The notes below the pieces were generated by a model that was given only the letters and a program-made list of their open reading frames with translations, searched no databases and was not told the DNA's origin. The position numbers were made by a program, and so were the translations under genes. A stretch of 64,000 nucleotides of DNA from positions 54,537-118,536 of IMG/VR virus record IMGVR_UViG_3300042305_001986; one strand, given 5' to 3'. This stretch comes from a virus. Below, one piece after another: positions 36,747 to 47,043 of this stretch (positions are counted from its first letter, which is position 1; each line of letters starts with the position of its first letter).

Positions 36747-38834
36747 TTATACAAACTGATCCTTACCTCTCTTAAATGCGTCCTCTACGATCATAACTAT
36801 TTGATTTTGAACGTCGGAGTTTCTGAGAAGATCAACCATATTACCATTTCTATCTGTGACAGATATTGTTCCACTGACATTAACATTAATGTCTTTCACT
36901 GCCATCGTCTGTTCAATTTTCTGAACAGAAGTGGATACGTTATTATATAGATTATCTAAAACAGAGGATTGTTTTTCAATTATTGATGGTAGGTTGTTTG
37001 CAGGTTCGTAATTAGATTGTGATTTCGTACCAAACAAATCTGTACCTCCTATGATTATATCATCTTTGGAAAAAGAAATTGGTTCTTGATTTGGTCTTAA
37101 TATAAAATCTTGTTCTTCGGGATCTTTACCCTCCATAGTTTTAGTACCAGGTGCCGTGTCCTGAGTTTCAGTACCTGGTTTATTATTAATGTCTATATCC
37201 GCAATTGTTTTGGCGGCATTTTCCAATGCCGTAACAAAACTCTCAACTGCAGTTTTTGAAATTCCTACCTTATCTGCAAAATCTATTGCGTTTTTAGCTA
37301 GTGAATCAGTTGTGGTGTTTATAAGACCTTTTACTTCTTTATCATCTACTTTACCATCTTCAAATATCTTTCCGATTTCCGTTGCGGTATCTGAGAGTGT
37401 TTGTTTAACATCATTAACCGACTCTTTGAGACCTTGAATTACATCTTGAACAGGTTGAGTATCAAATGCACCTGCACCTAATTTGAGAAGAGCTTCTTTG
37501 CTTGTCAACGTATCCAAACTATCCCTTAAAGATATTAATGATTTTGTATTTTCTTTTAATACATCTTGGGGATCCATACTCTCTTCAGCCTGTTGTTCTC
37601 TCAACTTATCCATCGCCTGAGTTATTCCCGCTTCATCAGTTAGTTGTATTTCTCTCACCTCATCACCTTCTTTCAATTTAACAACCATTTCACCTTTCTC
37701 ATTAATCTCACTCATATTAGCAATGAATTGTTTGTCCTCATCGGACATCCCTGCCAAACCACTAAACTCAATCTCCTCCATCGCCATCATTTGTTTTCTC
37801 GAATTGATGGCCGCATCTGTCAATTCTCCGAAATCAAGACCCAAAAGTCTTGCTTGTTCTTTTAATTTTTGTCTTGCTTGTGATGGAATTTCGAGTTGAC
37901 CTGTTTCTTCGTTTACGGTTGCGGCAGCACTAGCAAGATCAACTAAAGAATCTTGGATCGCACCAACATCATTCAAACTGTTATACATAAGTGCAAAAGG
38001 ATCACCCAACTCTCCGATATCACCACCCAAAGTTGCAAGTTCCGCAGCAAGTTCAACTGCTTTTTCTGGTCCACCATCTAAAATTGTATCCGCAAGATTA
38101 ACAGACTGTTGAATATCAAATCTTAAAGCTTGAGCTTTGGCCACCATTTTAGCTAAACCATTAACACCCTTATCAAAACCGTATTGATTTACAAGTTTGA
38201 TACTTTGACCTATCGAATTAATAAATGTATTTACATTTAGTCCTAAATTCTGAGCTTGAACTGTCAACGATTCAATACTTTCTAACGCTGTTGAGGTACC
38301 CATCCCTAAATCAGACATTTCTGCTACCATCTTTCCGATTTCTTCAGTACCAACTCCCGCCGCCTTTGCTAAAACACCCATTCTAGTTACTTCAGTGGAT
38401 GTCAAAAGATTCATTTTTCCCATCTCCGAAGTAAATCCTTCAATACCTTTAGCCGCTTCGTCTATAGAAATACCCAATTCGAATAATTCAACGTTTGCGT
38501 CTATTAATGTCGATTGAATTGCGTCAGAAAAATATCTTGTTTGACCAAAACCTCTCACCATATCGGTGGTGGTATCTTCAACATCCATTATGGTCTTACT
38601 AAAAAGAAAAGCCAAAGCTTTACCGGCTCCGATTTCTTGGGCCAATGAAGCAAAACCTGTTCCCAAAAATCCAACCGAAGTTGCCATTTTTCCCAATATA
38701 TCACCCATACCTCCCAAATCAGGAATAAGACCGGCAATCTTATCCTTAGCGTTGGTAATATGACCTTCTAGTTCACCTGCAGATTCGGCACCTGATCTTA
38801 TTGCGTCATCTAAATCTTCTGCTAAACTTGGCAT
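36747..38834 (-). CDS. Tape-measure-like helical protein
   Basis: 695 aa, Ala/Gly/Leu-rich helical; C-terminal DFILRP..FSKDD..IGGT.L. Confidence 0.55.
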   Translation of the reverse strand: MPSLAEDLDDAIRSGAESAGELEGHITNAKDKIAGLIPDLGGMGDILGKMATSVGFLGTGFASLAQEIGAGKALAFLFSKTIMDVEDTTTDMVRGFGQTRYFSDAIQSTLIDANVELFELGISIDEAAKGIEGFTSEMGKMNLLTSTEVTRMGVLAKAAGVGTEEIGKMVAEMSDLGMGTSTALESIESLTVQAQNLGLNVNTFINSIGQSIKLVNQYGFDKGVNGLAKMVAKAQALRFDIQQSVNLADTILDGGPEKAVELAAELATLGGDIGELGDPFALMYNSLNDVGAIQDSLVDLASAAATVNEETGQLEIPSQARQKLKEQARLLGLDFGELTDAAINSRKQMMAMEEIEFSGLAGMSDEDKQFIANMSEINEKGEMVVKLKEGDEVREIQLTDEAGITQAMDKLREQQAEESMDPQDVLKENTKSLISLRDSLDTLTSKEALLKLGAGAFDTQPVQDVIQGLKESVNDVKQTLSDTATEIGKIFEDGKVDDKEVKGLINTTTDSLAKNAIDFADKVGISKTAVESFVTALENAAKTIADIDINNKPGTETQDTAPGTKTMEGKDPEEQDFILRPNQEPISFSKDDIIIGGTDLFGTKSQSNYEPANNLPSIIEKQSSVLDNLYNNVSTSVQKIEQTMAVKDINVNVSGTISVTDRNGNMVDLLRNSDVQNQIVMIVEDAFKRGKDQFV

Positions 38835-39100
38835 TAGTAAAGACTATTTGCTTTTCCTCTCGTTAATCCTGACTCCCATTTATAGTTGGGGTCATTCATA
38901 TATGTTTTTCCGAAGTTTCTTCCACTCGCCCATACAGGAACTGATGGTGCTCCACCACCTGAACTTGCCGCCGGTGCGGACGCAGCTGAATCTTCTTGTT
39001 CACCAAGTTCTTCAGTGGATTCGGTATCACCACTGAATTCAACTTCTTCAAGATCCATTAATTCTTTAATTCTTGAAATTTCTTCTCTTAAAATTTTCAT
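38834..39100 (-). CDS. Small late protein
   Basis: Start MKILREEISRIKELM after TATTTAT; ends WESGLTRGKANSL. Confidence 0.65.
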   Translation of the reverse strand: MKILREEISRIKELMDLEEVEFSGDTESTEELGEQEDSAASAPAASSGGGAPSVPVWASGRNFGKTYMNDPNYKWESGLTRGKANSLY

Positions 39101-39131
39101 CTTACCAGATAAATACTTATATTTGTGGATT

Positions 39132-39614
39132 ATGAAAAAAGTTCTATTTCTCCTCAGTAGTGTTCTCACTGGTTGTTTGGTTTATGAACAACCTTCCTAT
39201 CCTTCTTTGGACGGAACTTACGTAGTTACCTGTGTGACTATTGAATGTGATGAACTTGATATTTTTGAAGAACATTGTGAAAATACAACCGTTTTCACAC
39301 AACTACCATCCACACCTTTGGATACATTGAAAATCAACAAGACAAAGATTCATATTTCGGGTAATGAAATTTATATGAAGGACTACCTATTCAATGGTCA
39401 AGTTGAATGGTCTGAAAATTATCCATTGAGAATCAATCAAGATCTAATCACAGGTGCTTGGTCACACTTAAGCATTCTTTATCCCGGTAGAGAACCAAGA
39501 ACTTACAGAATTACGGAAGATGGTCTTGAGTATTTAATTTTGGGTTTTACTCAAGAACTCAGTTCATCGGCAACTTATAACTACATCCTTACATTTCAGA
39601 GACAAGGACCTTAA
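39132..39614 (+). CDS. Early lipoprotein (lipocalin-like)
   Basis: MKKVLFLLSSVLTGC lipobox; TATATTTG at 39118. Confidence 0.7.
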   Translation: MKKVLFLLSSVLTGCLVYEQPSYPSLDGTYVVTCVTIECDELDIFEEHCENTTVFTQLPSTPLDTLKINKTKIHISGNEIYMKDYLFNGQVEWSENYPLRINQDLITGAWSHLSILYPGREPRTYRITEDGLEYLILGFTQELSSSATYNYILTFQRQGP

Positions 39615-40093
39615 TCCTTGAGGATATCTCTGATTCTTTGAAGGTTTTGGAGGAATTTCTCTGGGTTATTATATGCCCACTCTTTGATGCTTTCAGGTAA
39701 TTCCTCCTCCTTTATTATTATTTCTATTTTTCTTTTGCCATAACTCTCAGATAACGTGTCGTCCGTTTGAAGAACGTCACCAAAAATGTTGAACAAGTGT
39801 CTCTTGAGTTTTGGTAATTGCGCCACAAAACTAACCTGATATCCATGTTCATCCGCCCATTCTTTTAATTTTTGTGTATCCAAAGTTGACTTCTCAGATA
39901 GACCAACAGAACCCCTGAGTTTTTCAGGTTTGGTGTTGATTCTAATAATTTTTAAAGAAGGTGTAATATAAATCTCTATTTTATCCAATTGCAAACCCAA
40001 AAACCTCTCTTTGGTGAGGGTAATCTTTCCGATAAGTTTTTTCAACTTATCCAAATAATCTTCTCTTTCGGGTTGATCTGAGTATGGTTTCAT
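39611..40093 (-). CDS. Hypothetical protein
   Basis: 160-aa ORF, TATTTAT upstream. Confidence 0.6.
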   Translation of the reverse strand: MKPYSDQPEREDYLDKLKKLIGKITLTKERFLGLQLDKIEIYITPSLKIIRINTKPEKLRGSVGLSEKSTLDTQKLKEWADEHGYQVSFVAQLPKLKRHLFNIFGDVLQTDDTLSESYGKRKIEIIIKEEELPESIKEWAYNNPEKFLQNLQRIRDILKD

Positions 40094-40104
40094 ACCAATA
40101 AATA

Positions 40105-40419
40105 TCAGAAAAATGTTTTTTCAGGTAGTTTTTTTGGATTAATTGTGTAATATTCATTTAGAAATGAAATCAATTCTTCCTCATCTAACATGATCCAATC
40201 TTCAGATTCTTCATCGTCTAATTCATCGGCATATTCTTCAGATTCAAACACAAAATCTTCTATCTCATCACCAATTTCTATACCATATTCGTTTAGTAAA
40301 GAAAATTCAAAGGTATCAACTCTACTTTCATCATCAGAATCTGAAGTCAACCTGAATGTGATTTCAACAGTTTTTAGTTGTTCATTCACTTCATAATGGT
40401 ATATTTCTAAAATTTCCAT
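40105..40419 (-). CDS. Highly acidic small protein
   Basis: 104 aa, D/E-rich. Confidence 0.6.
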   Translation of the reverse strand: MEILEIYHYEVNEQLKTVEITFRLTSDSDDESRVDTFEFSLLNEYGIEIGDEIEDFVFESEEYADELDDEESEDWIMLDEEELISFLNEYYTINPKKLPEKTFF

Positions 40420-40518
40420 ATGATTAATTAAATTCTTATTTATTTTTATATAAAAGAAATATCTTTGTTTTTATGAAAAACCAAATTTTAAACTAAATTA
40501 GTAGTAAAATATTCAAAA

Positions 40519-41139
40519 ATGACAATAAAAGAAACCACCATGACCAATGTTTTTCTAATAAAAGAGAACATTTATGAAGATGAACGAGGTAAATTTTTAC
40601 AAATTTGGGACGAAATATCATATTCGGATAAGAAAAATATAATCAAATTCACTCAAAATACTGATGAGTCTTTAATAACAACATATTTTGTTCAAGACAA
40701 TATTTCCTACTCGAAAGAAGGGGTTTTCAGGGGATTACACTACCAAGTTGGGGATTGGTCACAGTCGAAGCTAGTTAGGGTCTTAAAAGGTCGAGTAATT
40801 GATTTTGTGGTTGATCTAAGGGAAGACTCGGATACATTCGGTAAGTTTGAATATTTTGACCTTGATGATAAAAATGGTTTTTCATTATTTATACCTCCTT
40901 ACTTCGCACACGGATTTTTATCTTTGGAGGACGACACAATTTTTCACTACAAGTGTGGAAATCTTTATAAAAAAGAAAATGAGGGTTCAATTACCCCCTT
41001 TGATGAAATTATTAGACATGTATCTGATAATAAAACAACAATCAAAGAAGTGTTTGATTTATTTTTACAAAATACTGATCTTATTTTATCTCAAAAAGAT
41101 TTAGAATCACCAAAATTTATGGATAGAAGGATCAATTAA
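40519..41139 (+). CDS. rmlC: dTDP-4-dehydrorhamnose 3,5-epimerase
   Basis: DERG.F, FVQDN.S.S..GVFRGLHYQ, Q.KLVRV..G...D..VDLR, FAHGF. Confidence 0.92.
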   Translation: MTIKETTMTNVFLIKENIYEDERGKFLQIWDEISYSDKKNIIKFTQNTDESLITTYFVQDNISYSKEGVFRGLHYQVGDWSQSKLVRVLKGRVIDFVVDLREDSDTFGKFEYFDLDDKNGFSLFIPPYFAHGFLSLEDDTIFHYKCGNLYKKENEGSITPFDEIIRHVSDNKTTIKEVFDLFLQNTDLILSQKDLESPKFMDRRIN

Positions 41140-41882
41140 AAAGAAGAATAACATTTTTGAATAAGTTTTTTTGTGGTTGGGTTCATATCTTGTATCTTAT
41201 CCTTGATGAGGGGTATCATCTCTGCCGTAATTTTACCGTTTACTGGTACACCCAAATCTTCTTGTAATTCTTTTATTGCTTCTTCAGTTTTAGGACCGAT
41301 TTTAGGGGTATCTACCTCATCGCCCAACTTTCTAAGTCCATATTTTGTGTTCTTCAAAAAACATTTCAGTGTTTTGATTGGATCTCCAGTACTCTCTTTA
41401 TCGATAGTTTCATTTGAGGTTGGTTTTGGAGACAAACTCAAGTTCACATAATCTTCAGGGTTCACTTGAGTACCTATTGGGCTTTGAACTTCCATGTGTA
41501 AATGACAACCCGAAGTTGATGTACCAGCACCGGTCGTTCCCTTTTTTCCACCAACTTCACCAATCTTCTCTCCTTTGAAAACTTTTTCATTTACTGAAAC
41601 ACTAATTTTTTGTAAATGACAATATCTTGTACTATAACCTCCATGATCAATTTTAATTCTACCACCACATGCGTTATCTTCAAAACTCGCTTCAATTACC
41701 TTACCATTTGCGGGTGACTTTAAAACGGTACCACAACTCACGGGTATATCTATCCCAACGTGTTTTCTATCACCTCTACTATCACCCCACCCTGAAGAAA
41801 TTGTTGTAGAATTTTGTGCACCATGAACAGGATTTGGTATTTCTAACTCCAACAATATTTTACGCAAAAGTTTTTTCATCAA
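41136..41882 (-). CDS. M23 peptidase with peptidoglycan-binding domain
   Basis: HVGID, YCHL, HLHME; C-terminal GPKT..AIK.LQ..LG..V.G. Confidence 0.85.
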   Translation of the reverse strand: MMKKLLRKILLELEIPNPVHGAQNSTTISSGWGDSRGDRKHVGIDIPVSCGTVLKSPANGKVIEASFEDNACGGRIKIDHGGYSTRYCHLQKISVSVNEKVFKGEKIGEVGGKKGTTGAGTSTSGCHLHMEVQSPIGTQVNPEDYVNLSLSPKPTSNETIDKESTGDPIKTLKCFLKNTKYGLRKLGDEVDTPKIGPKTEEAIKELQEDLGVPVNGKITAEMIPLIKDKIQDMNPTTKKLIQKCYSSF

Positions 41883-42403
41883 ATCTTCATCCTTTTCATC
41901 ATTTCATGAATCTTTGACTTCTGATTTTCAAAAGATTCTTTGATTTCTTCATCAACTTTACTCTCGTAAGAACACTCACATTTTTCTTCTGTAAGACCAC
42001 AAGTAGGACAAACTCTTTCTTCTATTTTATACTTTTCAGCGACTTCAGATTCAACATAATCAAACTCATTTTCGTCTTCATATCCCGCCTCATCAAGCAT
42101 CTCTTCCAAGCTTGACATAAGTTCGGCATATTCCATATCGTCGTTTAGGTCAACGATTGGTTCCTCATCTTCAAAATCATATTCATTTAACTGATAATTT
42201 TCGTTAATTCCATAATTTTTATAAGAAGAAACCTCACCTTTGTTATTGACGGTTATCCCTCCCATATCGTTGGCATAACTTTTTTCCTCCATAGGTTGAT
42301 ATGATGATGGAACGTTTTGAACTTGGTATCCGTTATAAAATGTTTTGTGTTGAGAAAGAATTGATTGTCTTTCTTCGTCGGTCATTGTTGAATATCCTCT
42401 CAT
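41879..42403 (-). CDS. Hypothetical late protein
   Basis: EERQSILSQH N-terminus; acidic; C-terminal KIHEMMKRM. Confidence 0.65.
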   Translation of the reverse strand: MRGYSTMTDEERQSILSQHKTFYNGYQVQNVPSSYQPMEEKSYANDMGGITVNNKGEVSSYKNYGINENYQLNEYDFEDEEPIVDLNDDMEYAELMSSLEEMLDEAGYEDENEFDYVESEVAEKYKIEERVCPTCGLTEEKCECSYESKVDEEIKESFENQKSKIHEMMKRMKI

Positions 42404-42434
42404 GGTAATATTTATTTTATAAATATATTGTCAA

Positions 42435-43073
42435 ATGATATTAGAGAGTAAAAATCTTCAGGTAAGAAAAATTATATTGGAGTCGGAGAACAAAGTGACC
42501 CCTGTAAAAAAATATCTTGAGGATCTATATGAAGATGGAAAAGATTTTATCAAAGAAAAGGAAGTGGAGTTAGGTGTTGATTTGAAGTTTCTTTTGACAT
42601 TTGGAGCTGCTATTCCACCACTTAGCAAAATATTTACAGAATTTTATGAATTCAGATACCCTGAACTTGATTCAAAAGATATTACACTCTTGGTTATTTC
42701 TCTTTTGAGTTCAATTTTCTTTGAAAGAAGAGACCATAAAAAAGGTATTTACGATTCAATTGTAGAAAAAGGTCTTGAAGATGAACTAAAATCGGGAGAA
42801 GAATTTGTGGGAAAAAGAAACTTAAAGATTGAATCTTTCTTTACCAAGTTTGGAATTGGGGTTAAAAATTATTCCAATATAATTAAGTTTTCCGCTCTTG
42901 TTCCGTTGATGTCCGTGTTGACAAATATGATCCAAGAACAAGAGATGTCAACCAACGATGTTTTCAAAATATTTGCAGCAATTCTTTTGTGGTTTTCTTT
43001 TGAAAAAGGTGGAGATTTGGTAAAAGAATTCTTTTCGAATATTCTTAAATCTTCGAAAGGAGATAAGAAATAA
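42435..43073 (+). CDS. Hypothetical membrane protein
   Basis: 212 aa with several hydrophobic segments. Confidence 0.6.
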   Translation: MILESKNLQVRKIILESENKVTPVKKYLEDLYEDGKDFIKEKEVELGVDLKFLLTFGAAIPPLSKIFTEFYEFRYPELDSKDITLLVISLLSSIFFERRDHKKGIYDSIVEKGLEDELKSGEEFVGKRNLKIESFFTKFGIGVKNYSNIIKFSALVPLMSVLTNMIQEQEMSTNDVFKIFAAILLWFSFEKGGDLVKEFFSNILKSSKGDKK

Positions 43074-43638
43074 TATCTTCCACATCCTCGTCCGATAATT
43101 CATATCTCTTTTTATTCTTTTCAAAATAATTTCTCATCAATTCCTCGATAGGTTTTCCTGTGACCCTAGCTTGTCTTTGGAAACCTTTGATCTGAGCGGG
43201 AACTTCAATGGGGTGTTTGTAATATTCTTTTCCTGTTGTTTGTGAATATTCAGGATATTTTTCCAAACTCACGTCTCTATATCCATAGTTCTGATAGATA
43301 TGTTCTAACTCGTGAGCGATAAGATCATTCAAATCTCCAATTAATGTATATATTATCGATGGATAATCCTTTTTATTTATCTTGATTAAAACACCGATGG
43401 TGTCATCACCCAACAGATCGGCGTTTGTAAAATATTCAATGTCGTCTTCAATAGTAAAATCAAGAATTACATCAAAACCAAATGGTAATTGACGGAATTT
43501 ATATTCGGGGATATAATTTTCCGAAACTTCTTCAGGTAAATAATATTCACCACTCACTTGAGTTTTCACCATCTTTATGATGTCCTTAACAACTTGACGA
43601 ACTGGTTGGTCGGTGACCGCTTCAGATAAAAGACCCAT
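43045..43638 (-). CDS. Zincin-like HExxH protein
   Basis: IAHELEHIYQ...YY..PIEVPA. Confidence 0.6.
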   Translation of the reverse strand: MGLLSEAVTDQPVRQVVKDIIKMVKTQVSGEYYLPEEVSENYIPEYKFRQLPFGFDVILDFTIEDDIEYFTNADLLGDDTIGVLIKINKKDYPSIIYTLIGDLNDLIAHELEHIYQNYGYRDVSLEKYPEYSQTTGKEYYKHPIEVPAQIKGFQRQARVTGKPIEELMRNYFEKNKKRYELSDEDVEDIISYLLSKI

Positions 43639-43641
43639 CTC

Positions 43642-44493
43642 TTATAAATTTTTTAATATTTCAATTAATTTGGGGTGAGGATACATATCACTCTTGTCTT
43701 TTCTATAAGAGGTATGTGACCAAATTCCGTGACCACCCAACACAGCAAGATCGTTAAATTCAAAACCATTTATATCACCTCTTTTTGTGTCGTTATACAT
43801 CCTTTCAGCATATTTTGTGTTTCCACCCATCACCCCGTCGGTAGATAATTTCTTTCCATCCATTCCGACATATCCTTTGGAATTAAGGTATTCTTGTTTT
43901 TGTTTTACGGTCATAGATGTGAGGTTTTTCTTTTTTCCCAACACTTCTTTAAGGCCCAACTCTTTGTTGATCCCGTGTCTTTGGATTATATCTTTGATCA
44001 AAAATTCCAAAGATTCAAGTTGGTTTGGGGTATAGTTGTGCCAGTATCTGTAACCTCTAAATGGTTTTCCAAGATCCAAAACTTCTGATTGAGGAACAAC
44101 GGAGTTTACATAAGTTAAAAACTTTCCATCTTTGGTTAAGGTCAGTGGTCCGTAGTTACAAACTTCAATACCGATGGAATGTTTGTTTACATTGGCGTTG
44201 TTACTGGTTTTCATTCCGATATGGTGAGCCCAATACTTATCCTCAAACGCTTCATATATCTTTCCATCAAAATCCTGGTTTCCGTCTCTTACAGATTTTC
44301 CTCCGATCACATAAGAAGTTGCAATTCTGATGGATTCATTTTTTGATGTCTTATCTTTATCCCAACCCGAAATTGTCCAATCGGGTCTGTGACCACCGGC
44401 GGTATGGTGAAGAACCAAAATGGTCTTTTTGGTTTCGTTTTTGAAATACTCGTCTTCAGGAAGATTTTGTTTTGTTATATTGAAATCTGACAT
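43642..44493 (-). CDS. N-acetylmuramoyl-L-alanine amidase (endolysin candidate)
   Basis: VLHHTAG, WAHH.G, SIGIEVCN, SH...RKDKSD.YP; inserted PG-binding-like segment. Confidence 0.85.
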   Translation of the reverse strand: MSDFNITKQNLPEDEYFKNETKKTILVLHHTAGGHRPDWTISGWDKDKTSKNESIRIATSYVIGGKSVRDGNQDFDGKIYEAFEDKYWAHHIGMKTSNNANVNKHSIGIEVCNYGPLTLTKDGKFLTYVNSVVPQSEVLDLGKPFRGYRYWHNYTPNQLESLEFLIKDIIQRHGINKELGLKEVLGKKKNLTSMTVKQKQEYLNSKGYVGMDGKKLSTDGVMGGNTKYAERMYNDTKRGDINGFEFNDLAVLGGHGIWSHTSYRKDKSDMYPHPKLIEILKNL

Positions 44494-44561
44494 CGTATTA
44501 ATATATGGTTGTTTATTACAATAAATATAGATTAATAACTTTCTTTGAATATATTTGTGAC

Positions 44562-44939
44562 ATGGAAATGATTGTCGCCGTCAATAAGTTGGGTTATATC
44601 GGAAAAGATGGAAATCTTATGTGGAAATGTTCCGATGATTTAAAGTGGTTCAAAGAAGTCACGATGGGGAAAAAATGTCTTGTCGGACGAAAGACCTTTG
44701 AATCCCTACCCCCTCTTAAAGGAAGGGAACTTATTGTGGTAAGTAAAAGTGGACTTCAGTTGGAGGATGCTTTGAAACTAAATCCCGATATTGTAATAGG
44801 TGGGGGTGAGATCTATCGCAAAACAATTGATCTGATTGACACACTCTATCTATCGATTATTGATGATGAACAAATCGGTGATACAAAATTTCCGATTATC
44901 CCAAACAATATAAAAATTATAACAAAAAGATTCTGTTAA
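44562..44939 (+). CDS. folA: Dihydrofolate reductase
   Basis: IGKDG.L.W...DLKWFK..T.GK..LVGRKTFESL..L.GR, IGGGEIY, GDTKFP. Confidence 0.9.
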   Translation: MEMIVAVNKLGYIGKDGNLMWKCSDDLKWFKEVTMGKKCLVGRKTFESLPPLKGRELIVVSKSGLQLEDALKLNPDIVIGGGEIYRKTIDLIDTLYLSIIDDEQIGDTKFPIIPNNIKIITKRFC

Positions 44940-45355
44940 TGGACTTGATTTCAACACACCCAATCAAAAAGTCGGATTTGGGTTTTCACGGGAATTTATT
45001 TGGCGGATCATTACTTAAATGGATTGACGGAGCAGCGGCGGGTTATGCAATGCAATTATGTGACACACCAAGAATGGTGACCGTATCAATCGATAAATGT
45101 TTTTTTGAACGACCCGCCAAAGAAGGTCAATTACTTAAAATCTATGGATACCCAAGCAAACTCGGAACAACATCCATAACTCTATATATGGAAGCAAGAG
45201 CCCATAATGTATATACAGGACACCAAACCGTTGTTCTGAAAACCAATATTAGATTCGTAAGGATTGATGAAGAAGGAAATCCAATCCCGATCGGAGAGAA
45301 GGGTAGGATCCGAATTGACAAACTTTTGGAAAAACTTCAAATTGAAGGAGAATAA
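44939..45355 (+). CDS. Hotdog-fold acyl-CoA thioesterase (YciA-like)
   Basis: GNLFGG.LLKWID.AA, VTVSID...F..P, G.TS, FVRIDEEG.P. Confidence 0.85.
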   Translation: MDLISTHPIKKSDLGFHGNLFGGSLLKWIDGAAAGYAMQLCDTPRMVTVSIDKCFFERPAKEGQLLKIYGYPSKLGTTSITLYMEARAHNVYTGHQTVVLKTNIRFVRIDEEGNPIPIGEKGRIRIDKLLEKLQIEGE

Positions 45356-45414
45356 ATTTGGTTTTTTGGAAAAAATCACCTAACTTTGTCGTGTTGAAAG
45401 CATAAAAAAAATAA

Positions 45415-45486
45415 GCCCCCATAGTTAAAGGGAAATAACCGAATTCTTCTAAAGTTCTATTCCTGGTTCGAGTCCAGGTGGGGGTA
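45415..45486 (+). tRNA. tRNA-Arg(TCT)
   Basis: GCCCCCA/TGGGGGT; GAATT-CTTCTAA-AGTTC. Confidence 0.88.
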
Positions 45487-45502
45487 CTAATCTTGATCTG
45501 AT

Positions 45503-45694
45503 ATGAAATATACAATTTGGTTGTTTGGTTTGGTGATGTTGGTATTACAATCCTGTGCTTCGGGCGGATATGTATACCAAAACGGAAAACGAAAAATGGT
45601 TCGTCAACGAGACGTTCAAGTGATCCATTCGGGTCACGCACCTAAAGATTTCTTGTTCGGCAAGAAAGAAGTTCCTTGTAGTGCACATTGGTAA
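45503..45694 (+). CDS. Small lipoprotein
   Basis: LQSC lipobox. Confidence 0.6.
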   Translation: MKYTIWLFGLVMLVLQSCASGGYVYQNGKRKMVRQRDVQVIHSGHAPKDFLFGKKEVPCSAHW

Positions 45695-45698
45695 TAAT

Positions 45699-46076
45699 AT
45701 GAAAAAATATCTTCAACTTAGTGGAACCATTAGTGGTTCAGTTTTTCTCGGTCGTTACTTTCTTTCAAGTATCTTGGCATACCTTATGGGTTATGGATTA
45801 GGTTATTATATGAAACTCGAAGATTATGGACTTGTAGTAGTTTTTGCAATTCTAATGTCTTTGGCTATCTATTTTAATCTCGCTAGTGTCTTCAAAAGGG
45901 TCAATGCACTATTCCCAACCCATTTGACAGAAATTATGGTCTTTGCAATTATCGGTAATTTGACAGCCGCATTCGTGGAACAACCAGTTATTGTAGGTAT
46001 TGTGAATTTGTCTTTCTTGATTTTGAACCTAACTTTGATTTTCAAAAATTCTGATGTCGAAAAGCACGAGGGATAG
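45699..46076 (+). CDS. Membrane protein (DUF805-like)
   Basis: F.G.I-like N-terminus, four TM helices, KR.NA. Confidence 0.55.
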   Translation: MKKYLQLSGTISGSVFLGRYFLSSILAYLMGYGLGYYMKLEDYGLVVVFAILMSLAIYFNLASVFKRVNALFPTHLTEIMVFAIIGNLTAAFVEQPVIVGIVNLSFLILNLTLIFKNSDVEKHEG

Positions 46077-46218
46077 ACAGATTAAATTTTCCGAAGACAC
46101 AGCATATTATGCTATGATCGGAGTAATAACATTGACACTTTTGGTAATTTTATTTTGTTAAAGGTTTTGTTTTTTTGGATTCAAATACTTACCTTTACGT
46201 CCTCTAACAACTACCCCA

Positions 46219-46614
46219 ATGAAAAAACTACTTTGGCTCGATGATTTGAGAAATCCTTTAGATCCTAATATGAACTGGCTCTCGTTCTCACCTATTGGAA
46301 CAGATGTTGAAGTTACATGGGTTAAGAATTACAAAGAGTTTATTTCATGGATTAAGATAAATGGTCTTCCTGACGGGGTTTGTTTTGACCACGATTTGGG
46401 TGAGACCAAAAAAGAAAAGACGGGGTATGATGCGGCAATTTGGATGGTGGAGTATTGTTTGGATAATAATCTCAATCCTCCACCTTACGGAATTCAGAGT
46501 TCTAACCCCGTCGGAAGATTAAATATTTCAACACTCATAAACAACTATAAGAATCACAGAAAAGATGATAGAATTTCAAGAGTCAAAAAGATTCACAGAG
46601 GAGGGAAATGCTAA
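46219..46614 (+). CDS. Cyclic-phosphate-processing receiver-like domain protein
   Basis: LWLDDLRNP, FDHDLG, TGYD.A.W, SSNPVG. Confidence 0.78.
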   Translation: MKKLLWLDDLRNPLDPNMNWLSFSPIGTDVEVTWVKNYKEFISWIKINGLPDGVCFDHDLGETKKEKTGYDAAIWMVEYCLDNNLNPPPYGIQSSNPVGRLNISTLINNYKNHRKDDRISRVKKIHRGGKC

Positions 46615-46912
46615 AACAGCGTTCGTTGATATTGATGAAACCATTTGTTTTTATTCAGGTATTCGTCGGTATGACTTGGCAGAACCCAACTTTGACAACA
46701 TAAAAAAAATCAACAAACTCTTCGAGGAGGGTTGGATTGTAGTTTATTGGACGGCGAGGGGGTCTACCTCAGGTTTAGATTATACTGAATTTACATTGAA
46801 GCAACTTGTTGACTGGGGATGTAAGTTCAACTATCTTAAGTGTGGTGGAGAACACAAACCTCATTTCGATCTTGTGATAGACGACAAAGCAAAACGAATC
46901 GAAGAGTTGTGA
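46565..46912 (+). CDS. HAD-like phosphatase (capsule-biosynthesis type)
   Basis: FVDIDETIC, WTARG, KP..D..IDDK. Confidence 0.8.
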   Translation: MIEFQESKRFTEEGNAKTAFVDIDETICFYSGIRRYDLAEPNFDNIKKINKLFEEGWIVVYWTARGSTSGLDYTEFTLKQLVDWGCKFNYLKCGGEHKPHFDLVIDDKAKRIEEL

Positions 46913-46919
46913 TTTTTCA

Positions 46920-47006
46920 GGAGAGATGGCAGAGCGGTTCAATGCACCTGACTTGAAATCAGACGTACCTGAAAGGGTACCGGGGGTTCGAATCCCTCTC
47001 TCTCCG
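46920..47006 (+). tRNA. tRNA-Ser(TGA)
   Basis: GGAGAGA/TCTCTCC, G73; loop CTTGAAA; long variable arm. Confidence 0.92.
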
Positions 47007-47043
47007 CAAAATGGTCGGTTACAACTGACCTCTTAGTTTTAAA

